Numbered from the stretch's first letter, positions 25,192-37,128 are shown. The stretch is 64,000 nt of DNA from Dehalococcoidia bacterium (GCA_963667465.2 CAXXDN010000002.1:896001-960000), one strand, 5' to 3'. The notes: a model not told the origin generated them from the letters alone. Made by a program: numbers and translations.

Positions 25192-26220
25192 CTACAGGGG
25201 CTTACGAGCGAGGAAGCAGTAGAGCGGGGTGAATATCCCCGTCTTGCCGCCCGCGACGTAGGCGTCCGCCGTGCGATCGAGGAGGCGGACGACTTCCGCG
25301 GAGCCTTTCGGGAACAGCCGCACCACCTCGGCCAGCCTCGCGCCCGCGATCATCGCCTTGCGACCCCACGGCAGCCTGCGCAAGGCCCCCCCAGCGCCCG
25401 TGCGGCGCTCCATCGGTTGATACCAGGGGATGGACGTCCCTTCTTCGGACGCCCTGTCCAGCCCTTCGATGACCTCGAATCCCACCGCTTCGAGCGCGCG
25501 GTTCACTTCCCCGAACGTCGCGATGTCGTTCAGCGCGATACCGTGCATGAGCTCCTGCTTGATGGCCGGATGGCGGAGGTCGTTCGGATCGAACGTGTCC
25601 GTCAGGCACATTTCCTGGCCCCAGAACAGGGCTCCGGGCTTCAGCACACGGAAGATCTCCGCGAACGCGCCTTGCTTGTCCGGGGCATGGCATGTCGACT
25701 CGATGGCATAACCGCAGTCGAACGTGTCGTCTTCGAAGGCGCTCATATCCATGAAGCTGCACGCCTTGTAATCGAGCAGGTGGCCGATCCCGCTCTCGGC
25801 GCTGCGCCTTCGCGCCATCTCCAACTGGACCTCGTTGATGTTGATGCCGACGACGTGCACGCCGGCCTCACGGGCGACGCGGCGCATCGGGCCGCCGACG
25901 CCACAGCCGACATCGATCGCCGTCATGCCCTCCTGCATCTCGAGCTTGGAGATCATCAACCGCTGGTGCCGGACCTGGCTTTCCTCGAGGCTCTCATGGG
26001 GCGCGAGGGGCGCGAAGTGCAGGGATTCGCTCCAGCCCCAGACCATGAACCCGCTGCTTAGGTCGTAGTAGTCCTTCACCGTCTGGGTGTGGTCGTACCG
26101 CGCGGAATCAGCATCGCGCGCCGCCCGCTCGCTCCAGCCGCCAAAATCTCGCACGCGACGCGAGACATCCGAGCCCCGGTACGCATCCCGCAACTCTCTT
26201 GACAGGTTGCGGAGCTGCAT
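25192..26220 (-). CDS. Sterol 24-C-methyltransferase-like SAM methyltransferase (SMT/ERG6 family)
   Basis: VKDYYDL...WGWSESLHFAP (region I), DVGCGVGGPMR (II), YAIESTCHAP (III), IFRVLKPG (IV), WYQP, GGKTGIFTPLY C-terminal SMT motif. Confidence 0.88.
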   Translation of the reverse strand: MQLRNLSRELRDAYRGSDVSRRVRDFGGWSERAARDADSARYDHTQTVKDYYDLSSGFMVWGWSESLHFAPLAPHESLEESQVRHQRLMISKLEMQEGMTAIDVGCGVGGPMRRVAREAGVHVVGININEVQLEMARRRSAESGIGHLLDYKACSFMDMSAFEDDTFDCGYAIESTCHAPDKQGAFAEIFRVLKPGALFWGQEMCLTDTFDPNDLRHPAIKQELMHGIALNDIATFGEVNRALEAVGFEVIEGLDRASEEGTSIPWYQPMERRTGAGGALRRLPWGRKAMIAGARLAEVVRLFPKGSAEVVRLLDRTADAYVAGGKTGIFTPLYCFLARKPL

Positions 26221-26463
26221 CACGGGGCCAACTCCAACCCTTGGCCGAAGGTTCCTGGGCGCGGTCGAGTGGCCTGACCGGACATCAAGAGCCGCCGTCC
26301 GTTCATCACAACCGCCCGCCGACGTGGAGATCGTGCACGCCAACCCGCGCCTGCGACCACGGCGAGGCCCAGAATGCTGTCACCAAGTGTACGCCCGTGG
26401 GGTAAGGGCTCGCACCACGAAGCGCGGTAGCCGGGCGGCTCGTGCGTTGCCGGGAATGCGCGG

Positions 26464-28947
26464 CTACGGTGCTCCCGGCTCCTGCTCGTGGCGCCGGTGC
26501 ACCGCCTCGATCGCCAGGTCCAGCTCCTCCGTCATGCGGTCCACCATCGAGCGAAGCCGCATGTTCTGGTACGCGCCCCAGACCGTCATGGCGGGCGGCA
26601 CCACGAGGATGGAAACGATCAGCGAGTAGGCAATCGTGATCGCCGCGGTGAGGCCGAACTGCTGGGACGCAAGGAGCGGCGAGGCCACCAGCACTCCAAG
26701 CCCGAGCGCCGTCGTCAGCGCAGAGCCGAGCAGTGCCGATCCGGTAGTCGCGAGTGTCCGGATCGCCGCCTGCTCCGGGTTGCGCACGCGGGTGAATTCC
26801 TCGCGGTAGCGATGGATCAGGTGGATCGTGTAGTCCACCCCGATGCCGATGGAGAGCGCCGTGATGATCGAGGTGACCAGGGTGTAGGGAATGTCCAGCA
26901 GCGCCATCGTGCCAAGCACCCAGATGAGGACGAGCACGATCGGCCCCACCGCGATCACCGCCAGCAGTGGTTGGCGCTGCGTCACCCAGAAAAAGACGGC
27001 GAGGATCCCGAGGGCTACCGCGATGGTCGTGCTGATCGCCTGGGTCTGCCGGCCCGTGATCTCGTCGGTGACCGCGACCGCAACGATGTCGAGCGAGGTC
27101 GCCGTCACTGCGCCGTCGTCGCCGAACCAGAGGGCCTCGATATCCTCCTGCAGCGCCCTCGTGACCGCGGGATCGCCGGAGTAGGCCGGGAACTGGACCA
27201 GCAGCGCGTCGACGCCCTCCGGATCGTTCACGAGCGAGCGCACGAGGGTGGGATCTCGCGCGCTGAGCTTGTCGAGGAGCTCCTGCATGATGACCGGGTC
27301 GAGTTGCACCCCGGCGGTGGCTTGCTCGAAGAGCGCCGCGAGCTCCGGGTCGTACTTGTCACCGGGCGCGCCGCTGTCCTCGGTCCAGTCGTTGACGAGC
27401 AATTCGTAGGAGACCTGGATCGGTCCCGCGGCCGCCGGCGGGCGACGTGTCTCGTCTTCGAAGGCGGTCCTGAGATCATGCAAGTTCAGCAGGGTCCGGG
27501 TCTCGGTCGCCTCGGCGGTGACGAGCACGCTCGCCATCTCCGTCGAGCCACCGACGGTTGCGTCGAGGGTTTCCATATCCTTGAGCACGGCACCGCCACG
27601 GGGGAGGATCTCGCGGATGTTGAATCCGGATTCGAGTCCCGTCGCCGCGTACCCGAGCCCGATCGTCACCGCAATCACGACGATGAAGTAGGGCGCCGGC
27701 GTGCGCGCAACCGACGTACCGAGCAGCTCTGCCAGCCGTCCGATGCCGGGCAGGGCGTTCGCGACCGGGCGAGGCTGCGTCAACGTGCCGCGAGACTCGC
27801 GCCGCCGGTCGATGATCATCCGGCCGGCCGGGATCAGCGTCAGCATCACGATCAAGCTCAGGCCCACGCCCAGCCCCGCAACGATGCCAAAGTCGCCCAT
27901 CACGCCGATCGGGGAGAGCAGGTTGACGAGCAGGCTCGCGATCGTCGTGACGGCGGCCAGGGTCAGCGGGACGGTGACGTGTTGCAGTCCGATCCGCACC
28001 GCCGCCAGGACCGGCTCGCCCTCGGCGCGCTGCTCGCGGTAGTGCGAGACGCCCTGGATCGCGTAGTCCACGGTGAGGCTGATCACGATGATCGGCACCA
28101 GCGCGGTGAGCGAGCTCGGTGGGCCGATCAGCCCCAGCGCGTTCGGTCCGAGCCAGCCCTCTGCCCCGATCACCCAGATCAATGAGAGCAGCAGCCCGAG
28201 CAGTGTGAGCAGCAGATCCGAGAGCGTGCGAAGGAAGACCAGGATCAGCGCCGCGATCAGCAGCAGCGCCAGTCCGATCAGGGGCGCCATCCCTTCCTCG
28301 GTGGCTTTGCGGTACTCATCCTCGACCACGATCGGTGAGACGCTGCTCACGCGCAGTGGGCCCTCGTCCGCTATCGCCAGCTCGTTGATCCGCCGTTCAG
28401 CCTCCTTCACCCGCTCGTCCCCGGTGTTGATCAGGCGGATGGTGGCGATCGCGACCGGCGTACCGTCCGTATCGCTTCCGGTCATCGCAGCGAGCCCCTC
28501 GCCGATCTCGGGGACGCCGCGGACAGCGTCGATCTCGGCCTGCGTGACCGCACCGAAGCCATCCACCTGGAGCACGGCGCTGATCAGCAGCGTGGGCGCG
28601 GTGACCGGGTTTCCGTGCGCCAGCAGCTCCCCCACGCCGGGATCGCCGGTGATGCGACCGATCAGGCCGTCCATCTGCGAAAGCCCCTCGGGAGTCAGCG
28701 CCTCCCCGCGAAAGATCAGCGTGACGACGCCGACATCGCTCGACTCCCCGAAGTGCTTGTCGATCCCCTCGATCGCGTTGGCGACGGCGTTCCCGGGCGG
28801 AAGGAAGGCCAGGGCAGCGCCCTCCACCACCGGCGCGCGCCGCCCCGCACCCGCGGCCAGCACGACGGTGACGATCAAGAGCACGAGGATCGTGAGGTAC
28901 GGGCGCGCCGTGACCAGCCAGCTCAGCCTGGCGAGAACTCTACTCAT
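26464..28947 (-). CDS. RND/MMPL-family (HAE3-like) transporter
   Basis: Internally duplicated 1+5 TM architecture; ISLTVDYAIQ and GIGVDYTIH (GxxxDY) motifs; SALTTALG. Confidence 0.9.
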   Translation of the reverse strand: MSRVLARLSWLVTARPYLTILVLLIVTVVLAAGAGRRAPVVEGAALAFLPPGNAVANAIEGIDKHFGESSDVGVVTLIFRGEALTPEGLSQMDGLIGRITGDPGVGELLAHGNPVTAPTLLISAVLQVDGFGAVTQAEIDAVRGVPEIGEGLAAMTGSDTDGTPVAIATIRLINTGDERVKEAERRINELAIADEGPLRVSSVSPIVVEDEYRKATEEGMAPLIGLALLLIAALILVFLRTLSDLLLTLLGLLLSLIWVIGAEGWLGPNALGLIGPPSSLTALVPIIVISLTVDYAIQGVSHYREQRAEGEPVLAAVRIGLQHVTVPLTLAAVTTIASLLVNLLSPIGVMGDFGIVAGLGVGLSLIVMLTLIPAGRMIIDRRRESRGTLTQPRPVANALPGIGRLAELLGTSVARTPAPYFIVVIAVTIGLGYAATGLESGFNIREILPRGGAVLKDMETLDATVGGSTEMASVLVTAEATETRTLLNLHDLRTAFEDETRRPPAAAGPIQVSYELLVNDWTEDSGAPGDKYDPELAALFEQATAGVQLDPVIMQELLDKLSARDPTLVRSLVNDPEGVDALLVQFPAYSGDPAVTRALQEDIEALWFGDDGAVTATSLDIVAVAVTDEITGRQTQAISTTIAVALGILAVFFWVTQRQPLLAVIAVGPIVLVLIWVLGTMALLDIPYTLVTSIITALSIGIGVDYTIHLIHRYREEFTRVRNPEQAAIRTLATTGSALLGSALTTALGLGVLVASPLLASQQFGLTAAITIAYSLIVSILVVPPAMTVWGAYQNMRLRSMVDRMTEELDLAIEAVHRRHEQEPGAP

Positions 28948-29015
28948 GGCGCGCCCTTCTCCCGGAGCATCCCACGCCTAAGGCGCTGGCGCACCGCGCG
29001 GGCGTCTCGACGCGA

Positions 29016-29708
29016 CTACAGAATCCCGAGGCGAATCGCCGTGACGACGGCATCCAGCTTGGTCGTCGCGTTGAGCTTCCCGCGGAAGTGGCGGACGTGG
29101 TTGCGCACCGTGTGCGGGCTGATGCTCAACGCCTCGGCGATCCGCTGCGTGCCCCAGCCCGCCGCTACCAGGCGCAGGACTTCCACCTCTCGCGCGGTGA
29201 GCCGTCCCAGCTCAGGCGACGGCGAGACCCTCACCGGCTGGTCGGACAGGATGTCGGCACCCTGCTCGAGCAACTCGCTGCGCAGCGAGTCGGCCGCCCG
29301 CTCGGACCCTGCCTCCTCGGCAGGCTCGGCGAACAGGTGAACCAGGAACGGGGCGTCCTCGCCCGGGGCCGCGATGACCATCGGAGTGAGCGAGACGGAC
29401 TTGCGTTCGCCGGACTCGCAGAGCATCAGCATCGTGCATGCACGCGGGATCTCGCCGCCTCGCAAGGTACGGAGCGACGGGCAACCGAGCAGGCACTCGG
29501 GCGTGAAGCCCCCGGGCGTCAACCCGGTCACCACCTCGTAGCAGCGGCGGCCGATCACCTGGCCGCGCGAAAAGCCGAGAATCCGTTCCGCAGCCTGATT
29601 CCAGGACACAATGGTCTGATCGATTGACATTACGTAGGCGCCGAACGGCGCCGTTGCGAGGAACTGAACGACGGCATCCAATCTCACAGGGCCCTCATCC
29701 TTACTCAA
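29016..29708 (-). CDS. PAS domain - LuxR HTH transcriptional regulator
   Basis: IVSWNQAAERILGFS (PAS); LTAREVEVLRLVAAGWGTQRIAEALSISPHTVRNHV (LuxR HTH). Confidence 0.93.
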   Translation of the reverse strand: MSKDEGPVRLDAVVQFLATAPFGAYVMSIDQTIVSWNQAAERILGFSRGQVIGRRCYEVVTGLTPGGFTPECLLGCPSLRTLRGGEIPRACTMLMLCESGERKSVSLTPMVIAAPGEDAPFLVHLFAEPAEEAGSERAADSLRSELLEQGADILSDQPVRVSPSPELGRLTAREVEVLRLVAAGWGTQRIAEALSISPHTVRNHVRHFRGKLNATTKLDAVVTAIRLGIL

Positions 29709-30049
29709 GCATCGACCATTAGGGGTACGTCTACAGTTTGCCGTTTACCCTCGTTCAATGGCCTCGTTTTTCTTCCCGCGAACATACCACCAATGCGGCA
29801 CGGACAAGTCAAGCATCCAGCGTTGCGCGTGATCCATAACACTTTCGTGCCATGCCAACCCTTTACGAGTGCCGCTCACTCTCGAATCGGTGCTGCCAGA
29901 TGCTGCACCGCCTCTCCGAGACTATACGCGCTCATACGCGTTTATGCGGAATCCCGCCCGCGTTATGCCCGCATGCGCAGCGCGGCGCCATCACACGGCC
30001 GACGCCACATGCGCGGTGGCTGCCGCACGGGATCCGCGCGTTACGTGCT

Positions 30050-30078
30050 TTGACATCGCGGACGGAAGCGCACACGAT
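30050..30078 (+). promoter_or_regulatory. Sigma70-type promoter for the thiolase-like/DUF35 pair
   Basis: TTGACA, 17 nt spacer, CACGAT. Confidence 0.55.
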
Positions 30079-30128
30079 CCGGGCGCTCGTCGGCAACAGG
30101 ACGGGCGCGGAGCGGAAGGGGCGCCCCA

Positions 30129-31310
30129 ATGCGAGGCACCTCGGCGATCGTCGGCATCGGCGAATCGACCTACTACCGGCCGGGCGGCTCCCCGGACAGC
30201 GAACTGCAGCTCGCGGTCACGGCGATCACCAATGCCGCCGCCGACGCGGGCATCGACGTCGAGGAGATCGACGGCTTCGTCTCGTACGGCAACGACCGAA
30301 GCACGCCCTCGAAGCTCTCGACGGTGCTCGGCGTCAACGAGACGAAGTTCGCCGCACTGTCGTGGGATGGTGGCGGCAACAACGTCGCCGGCACGCTCGC
30401 CATCGCGGACGCGGCGGTCACCGCGGGCTACGCCGACTACGTGGTCTGCTACCGCAGCCTCGCCCAGGGCGAGTACGGGCGCTTCGGGCAGGCGCGGGTC
30501 ACGGGCCGCGTGCGCGTGCCCGAGGAGGGCGCGTTCCGGGTCCCCTACGGCGTGATGGTCCCGGCCCACTGGTACGCGATGATCGCGCAGCGCTTCATGT
30601 ACGAGCACGGCATCACCGAGCACGCCCTCGCCGAAATCTCGCTCGCCGCCTACGCGCACGCGCAGCGCAATCCTCGCGCGATCCGCCACGGCCGCGAGCT
30701 GACGAAGGACGACTACCTCAACTCGCGCTGGATCGTCGAGCCGTTCCGGCTCTTCGACTGCTGCCAGGAGAACGACTGCTCCGCCGCCGTGATCGTGACC
30801 AGCGCCGAGCGCGCACGCGAGCTCGACAAGCAGCCGGTCTACATCCGCTCCGCCGCGCAGGGCATCGACTACCGCGGCGCGGCCGGCGGCGCAGTCGGCG
30901 CGGGCTACAACGACCCCGACTTCCCGACGGCGCACTACAAGAACATCGCCGACATGATCTGGTCCCGCGCGGGCGTCGGCCCCAAGGACGTCCAGGTCGC
31001 GCAGTTCTACGAGAACTTCACCGGCCTCGCGCTGATGGCGATCTCCGAGATGGGCTTCTCGCCACCCGAGGAGATCGAGGACTGGGTGCGCGCCGGCAAC
31101 CTGCGCTGGCCGGACGGCGAGCTGCCGATCAACACCAGCGGCGGCAACCTCGCCGAGGCCTACGTCCACGGCTTCGAGCTTGTCAACGAGGCGGCCCGCC
31201 AGGTCCGCGGCGAGTCCACCTGCCAGGTCGACAATGTCGAGTTCAGCCTCGTTGTCGCGGGACCGGGAGCGCTGCCGGCGAGCGCCGCGCTGCTCTCGGT
31301 CGAGCCGTAG
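30129..31310 (+). CDS. Thiolase-superfamily lipid-transfer protein (Ltp2-like retro-aldolase type)
   Basis: AIVGIGES, HAQRNPRA, PFRLFDCCQEND, QFYENF, PINTSGGNLAEAYVHG; no N-terminal nucleophilic Cys. Confidence 0.88.
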   Translation: MRGTSAIVGIGESTYYRPGGSPDSELQLAVTAITNAAADAGIDVEEIDGFVSYGNDRSTPSKLSTVLGVNETKFAALSWDGGGNNVAGTLAIADAAVTAGYADYVVCYRSLAQGEYGRFGQARVTGRVRVPEEGAFRVPYGVMVPAHWYAMIAQRFMYEHGITEHALAEISLAAYAHAQRNPRAIRHGRELTKDDYLNSRWIVEPFRLFDCCQENDCSAAVIVTSAERARELDKQPVYIRSAAQGIDYRGAAGGAVGAGYNDPDFPTAHYKNIADMIWSRAGVGPKDVQVAQFYENFTGLALMAISEMGFSPPEEIEDWVRAGNLRWPDGELPINTSGGNLAEAYVHGFELVNEAARQVRGESTCQVDNVEFSLVVAGPGALPASAALLSVEP

Positions 31311-31366
31311 CCGACGCCGCGAGCGCCGCATTCCGGGCCCCGCGCGGGCCCTGCGAGGAGAGCACC

Positions 31367-31789
31367 ATGACCCGATTCATGCCCGAAGACTGGCCCATTC
31401 CCGAGCTTGACCGCTTCAACCGCGACTTCTTCACCGCGGGCAAGCTCGTCGTGCAGCAGTGCGTGGCCTGCGGGACGGTCCAGCACCCGCCGGACGCCGC
31501 CTGCAACGCTTGCAGGGCGATGGACTTTCGCTCGCTGGAGACGAACGGTGAGGGGACGGTCTACTCGTACATCGTCGTCCACAACCCGCCCGCGCCCGCG
31601 CTGGCCGAGGCCGTGCCGTACGCCGTCGCGCTCGTCAGCCTCGACGAGCATCCGCACGTCCGCATCCTCGGCAACGTGCTCAACTGCGAGCCCGGCGAGG
31701 TAGCGATCGGCCAGAAGGTGCGCGCCGTCTTCGAGGAGATCGTCGACGAGGACGAGACACTGCTCGTACCGCAGTGGGAGCGCGTCTAA
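31367..31789 (+). CDS. DUF35 Zn-ribbon/OB-fold protein (ChsH2-like)
   Basis: QQCVACG...PPDAACNAC, GTVYSYIVVH, PYAVALVSLDE. Confidence 0.92.
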   Translation: MTRFMPEDWPIPELDRFNRDFFTAGKLVVQQCVACGTVQHPPDAACNACRAMDFRSLETNGEGTVYSYIVVHNPPAPALAEAVPYAVALVSLDEHPHVRILGNVLNCEPGEVAIGQKVRAVFEEIVDEDETLLVPQWERV

Positions 31790-31809
31790 CCTCGCGCCAC
31801 CGGCAGGCC

Positions 31810-32340
31810 ATGGACACGAACCACGACGCCAGCGACGCCGCGGAGGAGAGCGCGCCGGCGCGCCTCGCGCCGATCCGTCCCGACGACCGTGCGGCGATCG
31901 AAGATCTCGAGGTAGTCGCGGCGCACCGTAACGAGTCGCACTGGTGGAATCACGCCTCGTTCGTGTTGCCGCTGCTCGGCGCGATCGTCTTCCTCGCGAT
32001 TGGCCAGCTGGCCGGGTCGGCGGAGGCGTCGGGCTTCGGAATCTTCCTCGCCGTCGTGCTGGTTCTGCAGCTGCCGATCGTCTGGTTCACCTGGCGCCGC
32101 ACCGCGACCGCGATCGTGCTCACCCGCTCCGGCGCCCTCGCGCTGCATCGAGGGCGCACCCTCACCGAGGTGCGCTGGGCGGAGCTCGAGCGCATCGAGC
32201 GCGTCGAGACGCTCGGCAACGTGCGCTGGCGGCTGGCCGAGCGCGGAGGCACGCACATCGCCGTCGAGGGTGAGATCGAGGACGTGCCGGGGCTGGTCGA
32301 GCGCGCCTCCGAGCTGTCCGGTGTTGAACCCGCAGAGTAG
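31810..32340 (+). CDS. Hypothetical two-TM membrane protein
   Basis: Two hydrophobic helices followed by a PH-like beta-rich tail (EVRWAELERIE). Confidence 0.65.
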   Translation: MDTNHDASDAAEESAPARLAPIRPDDRAAIEDLEVVAAHRNESHWWNHASFVLPLLGAIVFLAIGQLAGSAEASGFGIFLAVVLVLQLPIVWFTWRRTATAIVLTRSGALALHRGRTLTEVRWAELERIERVETLGNVRWRLAERGGTHIAVEGEIEDVPGLVERASELSGVEPAE

Positions 32341-32386
32341 CTGCCACAGCAGACTCGCAGGCTGCAAAAGCGCGCTCGCGGGTGCG

Positions 32387-32410
32387 CGAACGGGCGTTCT
32401 GCGCTAGGAT
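32387..32410 (+). promoter_or_regulatory. LexA box next to the -10 element of recQ
   Basis: CGAAC-GGGC-GTTCT (32387-32400), then TAGGAT (32405-32410), 6 nt before the GTG start. Confidence 0.7.
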
Positions 32411-32416
32411 GCGGGC

Positions 32417-34732
<2,316 letters not shown>

Positions 34733-34786
34733 GCGAAGCGGCCGCCGCCCCGGACACGGCGCGGCCCCACACCGGAGGAGTTCCCG

Positions 34787-35137
34787 ATGAGCCTGACCCT
34801 GACCGTCAGCAAGGACGCCGCCGAGCGACTCGGAATGATCGTCGCCCAGCAGGCCGAGAGCGAGGAGCAAGGTCTTCGTATCTTCGCGCGCGGCGGCGGC
34901 TGCGGCTGTGCCGGCCCCTCCTTCGCGATGGGCATCGACAAGGCTGGTGACGAGGACAGCGTGCTGAGCTTCCATGGCGTCCGCTTCATCGTCGACGCGG
35001 ACACCGCGACCAGCCTCGATGGCGCCTCGATCGACTACACCGAGGACGACCTGATGCGTAAGGGCTTCACCATCGACGCCCCCAACGCGCAGGCGGCCGG
35101 CGGTGGCTGCGGCTGCGCCAGTGGCGAAGGCCACTAG
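34787..35137 (+). CDS. IscA/HesB-family Fe-S cluster assembly protein
   Basis: GLRIFARGGGCGC, LDGASIDY, GFTIDAPNA, CGC at the C-terminus. Confidence 0.9.
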   Translation: MSLTLTVSKDAAERLGMIVAQQAESEEQGLRIFARGGGCGCAGPSFAMGIDKAGDEDSVLSFHGVRFIVDADTATSLDGASIDYTEDDLMRKGFTIDAPNAQAAGGGCGCASGEGH

Positions 35138-35247
35138 GCACTTCCCGGACCCCACGCACCCTCCCGCGGGCTGACGCCTCGTCACGCTCGCGGGTACTGC
35201 CGCCTCGCGGTTGCCCGTGAGCGCGTAGAAGGCTCACGCTGGATCTC

Positions 35248-35862
35248 GTGCTAGATGACCTGAGCGGGTGGCTGCATGACCTGCGCGAGTGGCTGATCGA
35301 CTGGGCGGATAGCCCGGTCGCGCCAATCGCGCTCGTCCTGATCACCGCTTCCGAGTCGATCTTCTTCCCGATCCCCACCGACCCGCTGCTGATCGCGCTC
35401 GCGCTGCGCCACCCGGACGCGGCGCTCATCCTCGCGGCGCTCACCATCGCTGCCTCCGTGCTCGGAGGCGTCGCCGGTCACTGGCTGGGGCTGCGGTTCG
35501 GGCGACCGCTGCTGCTGCGGCTGCACAGCCGGCACGCCGAGCGCGTCGAGGATCTGCTCCGGCGCTGGGGCTTCTGGGCCGTCGCCGCTGCCGGGCTGAC
35601 GCCGATCCCCTACAAGGTCTTCACAATCGGCGCGGGCGTCGTCGGCATCCCGCGCACGCAGTTTGTGTTCGCCTCGATCCTCGGGCGCGGGCTGCGCTTC
35701 GGCGTCTACGGCGTGCTGATCTTCTTCTGGGGCGAGCGCTTCGCCGACTTCATCACGGACCGCTTCGACCTTGTCGTCAGCGCGTTTGCCGCCGCGGCGG
35801 TCGTACTCCTGATCGGCTGGCTCGCGTGGTTCAGACTGCGGACACGCGGCGTCGAGGCCTGA
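35248..35862 (+). CDS. YqaA/DedA (VTT) family membrane protein
   Basis: ESIFFPIPTDPLL, TPIPYKVFTIGAG, SILGRGLRF. Confidence 0.92.
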   Translation: MLDDLSGWLHDLREWLIDWADSPVAPIALVLITASESIFFPIPTDPLLIALALRHPDAALILAALTIAASVLGGVAGHWLGLRFGRPLLLRLHSRHAERVEDLLRRWGFWAVAAAGLTPIPYKVFTIGAGVVGIPRTQFVFASILGRGLRFGVYGVLIFFWGERFADFITDRFDLVVSAFAAAAVVLLIGWLAWFRLRTRGVEA

Positions 35863-35912
35863 AGCACGGGCTCCCGTATGATGGAGCCGCAGTCCCCGGA
35901 CGAGGAGACTCC

Positions 35913-36809
35913 ATGCACGAGCTCGTGGAACCGATCGGCGAGGTTCGGCCGCTCCGCGACCCGGTGCTGATCGCCGCCTTCTCCGGCTGGAACGACTTCG
36001 GGGGCGCCGCAGGTGCGGCGATCAAGCACCTCGGCGACCAGTGGAAGGCGAGCGACCTCGCCGCGATCCGCAACGAGCGCCTCTTCGACTTCACCGTCCA
36101 GCGCCCGACCGTGCGCCTCGAGGGCGAGCGCCGCGTGATCGACTGGCCCGCGCACCAGTTCCGCGTCGCCAGCCCGCCGGGAGCGGAGCGCGACTTCGTG
36201 CTGCTCAGCGGCCCCGAGCCGCACCTGCGCTGGCGCACGTTCACCGAGGCGATCGCCGAGTTGATGGTGGAGGTTGGCGCGACCACGAGCATCACGATCG
36301 CCGCACAGGCGGGCGCGGTCCCGCACACCCGTCCGCTGCCGGTCACGCTCTCCGCCTCGGACTCTGACTTCGAGGGCCAGTTCGGCCTGCGTGTGCCAAC
36401 GTCCCGCTACGAAGGCCCGACGGGCATCGTCGGCGCGTTCAACGTGGACCAGCGGCAGCGCGGCTTCCGCAACGCCAGCCTCTGGGCGCAGGTGCCGCAC
36501 TACCTCTCGACCGGTCCGAACCCGAACGCGATCGCCGCGCTGATCAAGGTGCTCGATCACGGCTTCGGCACCAACACCTCCCTCGCGAGGATCGAGCGGC
36601 GCATCGAGCGCTTCAGCGAGCAGGTGCAGGAGGCGGTCACGGAGTCCGGCGAAGCCGAGTCCTACATCCAGATGCTCGAGCAGCAGTACGACGACAACCT
36701 CGAGCAGCAAGCGGAGCAGGAGTCAGCCGAGGACGCCGAGCTCCCCTCCGCCGAAGACCTGCTCAGCGACCTCGAGGGCTTCCTCCGCGATCAGCGGGAC
36801 GACGCGTAG
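35913..36809 (+). CDS. PAC2-family protein
   Basis: AAFSGWNDFG, FDFTVQRP, GPEPHLRW, VPHTRP, YEGPTGI, WAQVPHY; GAGGAG RBS. Confidence 0.92.
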   Translation: MHELVEPIGEVRPLRDPVLIAAFSGWNDFGGAAGAAIKHLGDQWKASDLAAIRNERLFDFTVQRPTVRLEGERRVIDWPAHQFRVASPPGAERDFVLLSGPEPHLRWRTFTEAIAELMVEVGATTSITIAAQAGAVPHTRPLPVTLSASDSDFEGQFGLRVPTSRYEGPTGIVGAFNVDQRQRGFRNASLWAQVPHYLSTGPNPNAIAALIKVLDHGFGTNTSLARIERRIERFSEQVQEAVTESGEAESYIQMLEQQYDDNLEQQAEQESAEDAELPSAEDLLSDLEGFLRDQRDDA

Positions 36810-36926
36810 GCGCAGGGGTCATCCAGCCCGGCAAGCTGCGTGGCATTCTCGGGAGTTCGCGGCGAGCGAACGGCGATCGCCGCGCGCTTCACTCCCCGGC
36901 GGGGCGTTGATAGACTCGAAGGGCTC

Positions 36927-37002
36927 AGGAGTGTAGCTCAGCTGGAAGAGCAGCGGTCTCCAAAACCGCAGGCCGGGGGTTCGAGTCCCTCCACTCCTGC
37001 CA
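36927..37002 (+). tRNA. tRNA-Trp(CCA)
   Basis: AGGAGTG/CACTCCT acceptor stem, GCGGT-CTCCAAA-ACCGC anticodon arm, CCA end. Confidence 0.96.
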
Positions 37003-37031
37003 GCATTCGCCCTCCCGAGGGCGCGAACCGG

Positions 37032-37118
37032 GCCGAGGTGGTGGAATTGGCAGACACGCCGTCTTGAGGGGGCGGTGCCCGCAAGGGCGTATGAGTTCGA
37101 ATCTCATCCTCGGCACCA
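37032..37118 (+). tRNA. tRNA-Leu(GAG)
   Basis: GCCGAGG/CCTCGGC acceptor stem, CCGTC-TTGAGGG-GGCGG anticodon arm, long variable arm, CCA. Confidence 0.96.
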
Positions 37119-37128
37119 ACGCACATCC

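Noticed and set aside
34787-35137. HesB-like selenoprotein
   Set aside because: All motif positions are Cys codons; no in-frame TGA
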